Source: a virus
Strand: one strand, 5' to 3'
Length of the DNA: 64,000 nt
IMG/VR virus record: IMGVR_UViG_3300029267_006021
Shown: one piece after another, positions 1-7,370 of the stretch
How the letters are laid out: the number at the start of each line of letters is the position of its first letter
Position numbering within the stretch: the first letter of the stretch is position 1
Notes under the pieces: generated by a model
Told to the model about the DNA's origin: nothing
Databases searched by the model: none
Seen by the model: the letters and a program-made list of their open reading frames with translations, nothing else
Made by a program: the position numbers and the translations under genes

Positions 1-80
1 TTGCATGTTTATATTATACTCTATAGGGGAGATATAGATCAAGGGATTTCTGAAAGTATTCTCAAAAAATTTTTTATACT

Positions 81-1457
81 CTAGTAACCTCTCACGTTAA
101 ATGAGGCATAGTTGCGAGGCGAGACAACGCCAGATTTATTGAATGGACCAAGATGAACACTCAAGCCTATTCCGTACCTGGGCATATTTAAACCCTTCAT
201 TATATGAATGGACTTCTTGTACTGCTCGACCATCTTGTCAAACATCCCTTCGGCATTATTCTTCAAGCTCTCATACTTTGCACTCTTGTCTATATCCAAT
301 GATATTGCACTGATACTGTACGAGTTATGAGCTAAAATTCCATTGGATAACATAAAATTTTCATTTCCAGGAACAGATAAATCAAACATAAACTCATGTG
401 GTTCAGATTCAATTATACTCCTCAACTCCTCAGCAACAATTTTATCATTCTCGATCACTACAATTTTATCATCAATATCTAAATTTCTGGGCTGTATCTC
501 TCTTAAAAAATCATCTTCTAAGGCAAATAAACTATGATCCTCTGTTGTGGTGATTTTTCTACCTTTCTCTGTTATACATGTAAAAGTCCGTTTATAAGGG
601 ACTTTATGTCGCAGAACGTCACTTATACTCTCATATGTAACTTTACCGTCTAGAGATGAAGATTTGACACATAATTTATTTGCCTCAAAACTTAATTTAA
701 TTTTATGTTCCGCAGGACTAGTAACTATTTCCCAAAGATCTCCAATAGTTATCCGAATTTCTTCACCGTCTTCCAACATTAGATCCAATTCAGAATCTGC
801 TGCAACTGAGAACTCGTCGAGAACCCAATTGGCTGCCCGAGCCATAAACGCGTACGTAGAAGCACCTATAGTAATCATCGTACGCATGTTTAACAGCATG
901 TTATCTAAAGACCAATCAGTCTCAGGCGGATACATATTCACCCGATCCAAAGCCATTTGTAAATATTCAGATAGCTCATAATCTTCCCAAATATATCCAA
1001 AAGTTCGAGTTAAATTTTGAATCTCATCCTCTGAACTGGGAGGAGCAAAACGATAATTACGATCCGGATTATTGTCACGTAACAAAATACGGAGACGCTG
1101 AATTAAATCAGTCACTCGCTGCGTATATAAATAAGGGCTCAAACCTCCAGAGGCTACACTAAAATCCTCAACTGCTTCCATCTCGGCACTAGAAGCAGAC
1201 TCCCAGAAATGCCAACGAATTCTATAGAGACCTACTGCTGCATCAAACGGTACCTGATAGGGAGCATAATAAAAACCAACATTAGTATGTGAAGGTATTC
1301 TTTGGAACGGCCCAATTAAAACTTCGGCTCCTTGTGTCATATCATACAAAGTATAATAAATATTATAAGCATTTGTAGGTTCGCCTATATCATTCCTTAG
1401 AGTTACATTAAGATCATTTGGCCCAAGTACTTGACCTCTTTGAAAGGTGATAGGCAT
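81..1457 (-). CDS. Putative virion neck/head-completion-type protein containing a mini-intein
   Basis: 458 aa ORF with a Hint-domain insert from SVAADSEL to ILAHN followed by Ser. Host function inferred only from the structural-gene context and the extein character (N-terminal beta-rich part, then LIQRLRILLRD...helical region). Confidence 0.55.
   Translation of the reverse strand: MPITFQRGQVLGPNDLNVTLRNDIGEPTNAYNIYYTLYDMTQGAEVLIGPFQRIPSHTNVGFYYAPYQVPFDAAVGLYRIRWHFWESASSAEMEAVEDFSVASGGLSPYLYTQRVTDLIQRLRILLRDNNPDRNYRFAPPSSEDEIQNLTRTFGYIWEDYELSEYLQMALDRVNMYPPETDWSLDNMLLNMRTMITIGASTYAFMARAANWVLDEFSVAADSELDLMLEDGEEIRITIGDLWEIVTSPAEHKIKLSFEANKLCVKSSSLDGKVTYESISDVLRHKVPYKRTFTCITEKGRKITTTEDHSLFALEDDFLREIQPRNLDIDDKIVVIENDKIVAEELRSIIESEPHEFMFDLSVPGNENFMLSNGILAHNSYSISAISLDIDKSAKYESLKNNAEGMFDKMVEQYKKSIHIMKGLNMPRYGIGLSVHLGPFNKSGVVSPRNYASFNVRGY
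324..809 (-). mobile_element. Mini-intein (162 aa, no homing endonuclease)
   Basis: Block A starts with Ser (S-VAADSEL), block B TTTEDHSLF (TxxH), block F FMFDLSVPGNENF, block G NGILAHN|S with terminal His-Asn and +1 Ser; 486 nt in frame. Confidence 0.9.
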
Positions 1458-1487
1458 CTCTAATCTCTGGCAGGCCTGGATTTTCTT

Positions 1488-1850
1488 CTAGACTAAACCT
1501 AGCTTCTCTTCCATCTCAACATAAGCATAAGAAATTGCTTGACTTATATCACCACTGGCAACCATATCTTCTATGTGCTGTACCTCAGAATCAGAAAAAC
1601 TCATTTCAAAAGCTTTCTTATAAAGATCTTTAATATTTGTTCCTAACTGTGTTTCAATATCATAAAGATGATCAGGAAGATCGCCAGGTTTCTCAAGTAT
1701 TTGCATCAAATCTTTTTCATATGGAAGTAACTTTTTCAAAATACCTAATAATTCTTTGTCATGTGTCGTGAGAGCAGATTCGAGTTTCTGTTCATATTCA
1801 CCAAATTCTAGCTCAGCAGCAATCTTTTTCAACTCTTTGACTGGGTCCAT
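1488..1850 (-). CDS. Small acidic protein, ELKKIA-leader family
   Basis: MDPVKELKKIAAEL start; GGAG RBS before ATG at 1850 (ORF track starts at TTG 1862). Confidence 0.75.
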   Translation of the reverse strand: MDPVKELKKIAAELEFGEYEQKLESALTTHDKELLGILKKLLPYEKDLMQILEKPGDLPDHLYDIETQLGTNIKDLYKKAFEMSFSDSEVQHIEDMVASGDISQAISYAYVEMEEKLGLV

Positions 1851-1908
1851 TTTTTTCTCCAAAAACTAATCTCTGGCAGGTCTGGATTCTCTTCTGCGGC
1901 TTCTCATT

Positions 1909-2142
1909 TTATTTATTTTTCGTTTTCTTCTGAACCAATTTATTTAGATATCCTTGACCAATAGTATCAGTAGTTAGCCATAAAGCAACGTAGTCAGCTG
2001 TCGTACCCATCTCGTAATTATCAGCCCACTCCTCAAAAGAATCTTTTAAATCTGCCCAATAAGAAGCATCATAAAATGTCATTGACACTTCAGGATCTTC
2101 TATCTCAGCAGCAATCTTTTTCAACTCTTTAATCGGATCCAT
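1909..2142 (-). CDS. Small acidic protein, ELKKIA-leader family
   Basis: MDPIKELKKIAAEI start; GGAG RBS before ATG at 2142. Confidence 0.75.
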   Translation of the reverse strand: MDPIKELKKIAAEIEDPEVSMTFYDASYWADLKDSFEEWADNYEMGTTADYVALWLTTDTIGQGYLNKLVQKKTKNK

Positions 2143-2157
2143 TTTTTTCTCCAAAAA

Positions 2158-2724
2158 CTAATCTCTGGCTGGTCTGGATTCTCTTCTGCGGCTTCTCATT
2201 CTAGGGTCTGAAAAAGCTTGTGATTGAGCCTCTTCGCGAGCCTCTAAACATTCAGGGCATAAAGTATTACCAGGAGGTAATGGGCCTGCCCCACATTGTT
2301 GGCAATAACCTGCAGACTTTAAAAACTCGTCTAATTCTGCCGTAATTTGTTCTAGTTCATGAGACAGATGTTCTTCTATTGGAGGAGATTCCTCTTCGAC
2401 TTCCTCTATTTTTTCCTCTATCTCTTCTATCTGTTCTACATCAACAATATTTTCTTTAATCGCTACAACATGTTCTTGCATCTTGACTAAAGATTTCTCA
2501 ATCTTAGACAAGGCCTTCTGAGCGGCTTCACCTGAGGATTGTTCTTTTAAAACAGTAAGAGCATCTTGAGATTTCGTTATTTCTTTTTCCAATTTTTCAG
2601 CAACTTTTTGTATATCTTGGACTTCCTCTTTTTCTTGTTCTTCTACTGCTTCTTCAATCTCTTCAATCTTTTCATCAGTAGATAAACGATTAAGGTGCTC
2701 TGCCAATTCTTTAAGATCGAGCAT
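2158..2724 (-). CDS. Acidic coiled-coil protein with C-terminal Cys4 zinc finger
   Basis: 188 aa, E/K-rich helical; CQQC...CPEC near the C-terminus; GGAG RBS. Confidence 0.7.
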   Translation of the reverse strand: MLDLKELAEHLNRLSTDEKIEEIEEAVEEQEKEEVQDIQKVAEKLEKEITKSQDALTVLKEQSSGEAAQKALSKIEKSLVKMQEHVVAIKENIVDVEQIEEIEEKIEEVEEESPPIEEHLSHELEQITAELDEFLKSAGYCQQCGAGPLPPGNTLCPECLEAREEAQSQAFSDPRMRSRRRESRPARD

Positions 2725-2738
2725 TATTCATCTCCAAA

Positions 2739-2930
2739 CTAATTAGGGTTCCGTGGATGTATTTCAGGAGGCAGATAATTAGGCAGCAAAATGCCCCACT
2801 CTAAACTCTGCTTTGTATTAGCCCCACGTCCCGTTACATCTGTTCTAAATTCTTGAAGATCTTCCCCAAGAGAATTTAGAACACTTAAGAGATTAAAATT
2901 CTCGCCTGACTGTGTACCATCAACACTCAT
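2739..2930 (-). CDS. Small hypothetical protein (paralogue of 2944-3156)
   Basis: GGAG RBS; shares the G(R/K)GANT motif with the neighbouring gene. Confidence 0.6.
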   Translation of the reverse strand: MSVDGTQSGENFNLLSVLNSLGEDLQEFRTDVTGRGANTKQSLEWGILLPNYLPPEIHPRNPN

Positions 2931-2943
2931 TGGTGTCTCCTTT

Positions 2944-3156
2944 CTAGTTTTGTATCTGGCCTAAGCCTTGGTCACCCGGTGTGATAGCCTCGTAGCTGCT
3001 CATTCTGGGTGCCAACCAAACTGCTAGATCTTGGAAACCTTGAGCCTGAGTATTGGCTCCCTTACCTTTCATATTGGCAAGCCAGTAATCATTTAAATTC
3101 TGACCTGTCGGAAGATAGATATTGTAGTTGTAGTTAGCTTGATCAACATTATTCAT
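2944..3156 (-). CDS. Small hypothetical protein
   Basis: AAGGAG RBS; 70 aa; KGKGANT motif. Confidence 0.6.
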   Translation of the reverse strand: MNNVDQANYNYNIYLPTGQNLNDYWLANMKGKGANTQAQGFQDLAVWLAPRMSSYEAITPGDQGLGQIQN

Positions 3157-3180
3157 TTTCGTCTCCTTTAAAGATCTTGC

Positions 3181-3420
3181 TTATGAATGCAAGATTGACT
3201 TCTGAGCGCGAATATAATGGACAAAGTCTAAAGCCGAAACTTTAGCATTGCCATTATAATAATCTTCCTTTAATCTGGGTATAGTCCCTGTGTCTTCAAA
3301 ATAAAAATAAACTCGATCAGTCTCTCTCACATGTTTTACTTGAGAACAACCAGCTGTTCTCAAAAAAGCACTTAAGTATAAGTCAGCTGTTTTATAAAGT
3401 TCATTCTTTGGTTGAACCAT
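3181..3420 (-). CDS. DUF5659-like small phage protein
   Basis: YKTADLYLSAFL...RVYFYFED...YYNG pattern typical of this family; GGAG RBS before ATG at 3420 (ORF track 3432). Confidence 0.6.
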   Translation of the reverse strand: MVQPKNELYKTADLYLSAFLRTAGCSQVKHVRETDRVYFYFEDTGTIPRLKEDYYNGNAKVSALDFVHYIRAQKSILHS

Positions 3421-3461
3421 CGCTATCTCCATTCAAATCTAAATATCACTTGATATAGAAA

Positions 3462-3474
3462 ATTAGTAAATTAT
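3462..3474 (-). promoter_or_regulatory. Candidate late-promoter motif ATAATTTACTAAT
   Basis: One of about 10 oriented copies upstream of structural-type genes. Confidence 0.55.
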
Positions 3475-3535
3475 AAGATGTATGTAATAATCTTCTTATT
3501 CCAACAACAATCAAACGATTAGGAGAGGTTTATTT

Positions 3536-4960
3536 ATGTCTTCACAGTTAGATGCTGCGCTCAAGTTTGGTCCAGAAACTTTAGCAAGTGATTCAGAAAA
3601 GACTGGATATCTTTGGGCTACTTATTCAGGCCCTACCTGGTACGTGAACCCAGATGATTCGAATGCTTATGCAACGATTAATGAAGCATCTGCTGAAGCT
3701 GACGCCACACTTGAATCTAATAAACCAATCATTATTTTACTAGCTCCTGGTAAAACTCATACTTTAGTTGACGAAAGTTTTAGCCCGGTTGTTAATAGAG
3801 ATACTCGGATACAAGCTGTCAACGCTTCTGATGGAGGTTGGTATCAAGACCCAACCACAACAATTATTGGTAACATCATACAATCTTCGGCTGCAGGACA
3901 ATCAGTAAGGCACAATTTTGAATTAGATAATGTTACTCTTACAGGCTCTATTCATTTTGCTCCTAAATGGAATTCTTTCTTTAACCACTGTGCTTTATCA
4001 GGACCATTTACTAGAGAACATGGATCTGATGGTTCTTTTATACGGATGTTCGATATTAATATGACAACAAATTGGACAGATCTAGATGCAAATGGAGGTG
4101 GAAGCAATGGAACAATTCATCTCTTTAATGCCAATCTAAACCAATTAAATGCTTCGGATATTTTTACCTTGATTGATGGAGCTGATTTAAGAGTTTTCAG
4201 TTGTCGTTTTGCTAGTTATGTTGGAAACGGAGGCCATCTATTTGATCTTTCGGGTGGTTCTAATAGCATCCGAGCATTCAACATTAATACTTTTAAATTG
4301 TCACCGGCAAATGATTTCAGCTTGGCTGTAGATTGTGCTAGCTCATCTTTCTGGGGATATGGAAAAACACTCTTTAATTGCTGGACGAATGGCGCTGGGC
4401 AATTCAATTTTGGCGTTGGTATGCATTGGGGAGATTCTAGTGGACGAATTGACTATTCTACAGATGAAGACGCCAATGAGCCAGAACCTTTAAACCCACC
4501 TAAAAATCATATGGTTTGGTATGATAATAGAACAGGCGAAGTTCTCACATGGAATGGTAGTATTTGGATTACTGGCACGCGTTATCGTAAAGAAATGGCA
4601 ATTGGTATTTCGTCAACTCCAGCTGCCGAACATGATATCGGTTGGAATATCCCCGCTAATTGCCACGCTGTCAAAGGTTCAATGAAAACTCTTAAAACGC
4701 TAACTGGGGCAGGGGGTTGCACAAAAGCAGGTTTAGGAGTCGCAGGCGACTTAGATAAATATAGTGAAACATCTAACCTCTCAGTAGGTAATCGCGTTGG
4801 GAAACTCAATCCTAATCCTTCTCCTGATGGTGGTGGAGATGATTTAAAAATTTATGCCACATCTGGAGGAGGGGTCGCAGCAGGTACTATCGCTGGATCA
4901 GGAACAGAGGACATACGATTAATGGTTTGGTATGAAGCCCCAATAATCATACCTAGTTGA
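3536..4960 (+). CDS. Putative virion surface protein (beta-helix/pectate-lyase-like, fibre or spike)
   Basis: 474 aa, G/S/N/T-rich; YATINEA...IILLAPG opening typical of beta-helix proteins; AGGAGAGG RBS; motif variant ATAATCTTCTTAT at 3487-3499. Confidence 0.5.
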   Translation: MSSQLDAALKFGPETLASDSEKTGYLWATYSGPTWYVNPDDSNAYATINEASAEADATLESNKPIIILLAPGKTHTLVDESFSPVVNRDTRIQAVNASDGGWYQDPTTTIIGNIIQSSAAGQSVRHNFELDNVTLTGSIHFAPKWNSFFNHCALSGPFTREHGSDGSFIRMFDINMTTNWTDLDANGGGSNGTIHLFNANLNQLNASDIFTLIDGADLRVFSCRFASYVGNGGHLFDLSGGSNSIRAFNINTFKLSPANDFSLAVDCASSSFWGYGKTLFNCWTNGAGQFNFGVGMHWGDSSGRIDYSTDEDANEPEPLNPPKNHMVWYDNRTGEVLTWNGSIWITGTRYRKEMAIGISSTPAAEHDIGWNIPANCHAVKGSMKTLKTLTGAGGCTKAGLGVAGDLDKYSETSNLSVGNRVGKLNPNPSPDGGGDDLKIYATSGGGVAAGTIAGSGTEDIRLMVWYEAPIIIPS

Positions 4961-5828
4961 TGACTTCTAAGATCTGTTTTGCTCTTTCTTCCCAGGTGTG
5001 ATTTCTATAGGTATGCTCGAAACCTTTTTCTGCTACACTTTTTCTCTGACTCGGATTTAATAAATAATATCTTAAAAGAGAACGCAAAGTCTCCCCTTCA
5101 TCATTTACTGGGTACAATACAATTTCTTCTCCGGGTACAAAATATGGTGTAATATTTCGAGTATTATCTATAAAAGTACAACGTCTTAAAGCTGTTTCAT
5201 TGAAACCTCTGCCAATTGTTTTATTTTCTGTCCCGTCTCTATTTATTTTAGATCTATTAATACATAAGATAATCTTACTTCTTAGATATAAATTAACTAC
5301 TTCTTTTACTGAAACCCACTCATTATTGGAAATTATTTCTATGTTTCCAAAAGATTTTAAACGGGAAGCCCATGAAGCCGGTGTAATTACCTGTACTTTA
5401 AATTCTTCAGACAAAGGTTTGAGCCATGAAAGAACTTCTGGCCTTGGATCAAATAAAGTACCACAGAAAATTATGTCGATGTCTTGATATACTTCTATAG
5501 CTTTATAAACTTCAAGATCTACGCCTAAAGGTAAATGAAATACTGGGCAGTTATAAAATTGTTCTAGAGACTTAATAGCATTTTCTTCCACAGTAAATAT
5601 AATATCTGGAGAACCTTCTGAAAGATTCTCATAAAGCCCCTCAGTATCATAATAAATTAATGTTGGTGATTTTTCTGAATAGGTAGGCAAATCTAATGTA
5701 ATACAATAATCAGGTGAATCTTGAGAATTAACTTCTAGTTTTTTAAATGCTCTATCTAGGCCATTTAAAATAGGTAAACGTCTAAGATTATTACCATAAG
5801 AAACTAAAGAAATTTTTGGAGAAGTCAT
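4953..5828 (-). CDS. CgeB-like glycosyltransferase (GT-B, Glyco_trans_1_2-like)
   Basis: LPLGVDLEVY, DIIFCG, YLRSKIILCIN, FVPGEEIVLY and HTWEERAKQIL motifs. Confidence 0.8.
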   Translation of the reverse strand: MTSPKISLVSYGNNLRRLPILNGLDRAFKKLEVNSQDSPDYCITLDLPTYSEKSPTLIYYDTEGLYENLSEGSPDIIFTVEENAIKSLEQFYNCPVFHLPLGVDLEVYKAIEVYQDIDIIFCGTLFDPRPEVLSWLKPLSEEFKVQVITPASWASRLKSFGNIEIISNNEWVSVKEVVNLYLRSKIILCINRSKINRDGTENKTIGRGFNETALRRCTFIDNTRNITPYFVPGEEIVLYPVNDEGETLRSLLRYYLLNPSQRKSVAEKGFEHTYRNHTWEERAKQILEVIN

Positions 5829-6217
5829 TTCTTTTTTTCTTTATCGATCATTTGTTCAAATGATTTTTCACTTCGACCTTCAGACTTAGCATATTTTGAA
5901 GCTTCCTTCCAGGTGTCAAAAATTTCAGGTTTGCCTTCTTTGTTTTCGACATTAGGAACTAATTTTGGTGTTGAGTGGCTTTCTCTTTGTTTTTTATCCA
6001 TTAATTTTGAACGTCGTTGGCGATAATTATTTTCTCTATTTACTTTACTCGGAGGAGGACCAGTGAGCCCATCTTTGATATTAAAATTTGTACAAAAAAT
6101 GCGTTGCATTGGTTCCCCACATTCTGGACAATCATGTTCTCGCTTTTCTTCAGACATCTTATGAAAATGTTCTTCAAGCAAATTGCATTTTCGACAAACA
6201 AATTCATAAATAGGCAT
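5825..6217 (-). CDS. FmdB-family zinc-ribbon protein
   Basis: MPIYEFVCRKC...CPECG; AAAGGAAA RBS before ATG at 6217. Confidence 0.8.
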   Translation of the reverse strand: MPIYEFVCRKCNLLEEHFHKMSEEKREHDCPECGEPMQRIFCTNFNIKDGLTGPPPSKVNRENNYRQRRSKLMDKKQRESHSTPKLVPNVENKEGKPEIFDTWKEASKYAKSEGRSEKSFEQMIDKEKKK

Positions 6218-6228
6218 TTGTTTCCTTT

Positions 6229-7368
6229 CTACTCTTCTGTTAAAACACGTTCCATCCAATCTTGAGTTAAAGCAGCCACTAAATGTTTGCACAAAAAGGC
6301 ACGATTTGTTGGACCATCTAACGGGAGTTTATGCCGAACATTAACCCTAGGAAGCGAACCATCATCTTCCCGTTCTCCATATCCGTAACCACGTGTCCAA
6401 GAGCTGCGCGAAGGACCCCAAAATTTGAAGGCCGGACAAGTACATTTCACTGCAATATGAAGATCTGAAAAATCTTTACCCAAAATATCTTCAGGCTTCT
6501 GTGATACACCTTTATACTCTGGAAGTATTTTTATTCGCACTAGATGTCCAGATGGATCACTTCCTTCATGAGGACAAATGACGCGCAGTGTCCAAACCAA
6601 TTTCTTTAAATCTGAACGTACAAACTTAACAGTACAATCTTTTGCTAGAACCTTATTCCGTCTTATTGTCTGATCTACAAGCTCTTTAGCTGTCCAAGCT
6701 ACCCTCGGGACTTTTTGATAAACTTTCTTAACGGGTGGGCCAGATGGTAGAGATTCTATAGGTCTATCTTCCCTAACCTGACGATGTTCTACCCATTTTT
6801 GATAAAGCGCTGGGGTCTCTTTTAAATCTCGATGGAACTCCAGGAGCTCAAATTGAAGATCATTACGTGATTGATCCGGAGTTAAGTCTCGATATCTATC
6901 GGTTCTCCACCACTTCTGCCAATCCCAAAAACGTAAGTAGTCTTTTGTTTTAGTTTCTGTAGGAGTTACAGGTCTAATGATCTTTCGACCAAGGTCACCA
7001 AAACCCCCTTGACCAAAATAACCTGCATCTCCTTGAGCCTTAAGATAACGAAAAATAATTCTACTTACAGCATTTTTATACTTTGGAGTGTCCATAAAAT
7101 AAAAGAAATTATTATAAAATGAAGAAGGGGGCCAACCATCATCTGGGCGCCATTTTTGTGCATTGTCCCACTCAGCCGGAAATCTAACCGGATAGCGGAC
7201 ATTATCCTGGTGTATGCGATTCCAATCAAGCCTAGTTTCTGGCCCAAAATAAATACCGTCATCTATTTTATTAACAGGACTTGTTGAACGGCTCGGAACA
7301 ATTACGAATTCTCGTAGGGCATTTAAACGTTCGCGACGTTCTAATTTATCTTCTCTAGAATTTGACAT
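6229..7368 (-). CDS. Protein with C-terminal SWIM-like zinc finger
   Basis: CTCPAFKFWG...LCKHL motif; likely start MSNSRE at 7368 (ORF track 7467 overlaps the upstream gene). Confidence 0.65.
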   Translation of the reverse strand: MSNSREDKLERRERLNALREFVIVPSRSTSPVNKIDDGIYFGPETRLDWNRIHQDNVRYPVRFPAEWDNAQKWRPDDGWPPSSFYNNFFYFMDTPKYKNAVSRIIFRYLKAQGDAGYFGQGGFGDLGRKIIRPVTPTETKTKDYLRFWDWQKWWRTDRYRDLTPDQSRNDLQFELLEFHRDLKETPALYQKWVEHRQVREDRPIESLPSGPPVKKVYQKVPRVAWTAKELVDQTIRRNKVLAKDCTVKFVRSDLKKLVWTLRVICPHEGSDPSGHLVRIKILPEYKGVSQKPEDILGKDFSDLHIAVKCTCPAFKFWGPSRSSWTRGYGYGEREDDGSLPRVNVRHKLPLDGPTNRAFLCKHLVAALTQDWMERVLTEE

Positions 7369-7370
7369 AA

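Larger units (their letters stand above)
1460..2200. repeat. Direct repeats at gene junctions: 97 bp copies at 1812-1908 and 2104-2200, plus a 30 bp partial copy at 1460-1489
   Basis: ctaatctctggc(a/t)gg(t/c)ctggatt(c/t)tcttct occurs at 1460, 1866 and 2158. The two long copies also include the RBS and the first codons of the ELKKIA genes. Confidence 0.9.

Noticed and set aside
1460-2200. CRISPR array or integron attC array
   Set aside because: Only three repeats of unequal length, separated by whole genes; they are copies of coding sequence and RBS, not palindromic, and no cas or integrase gene is in the window.
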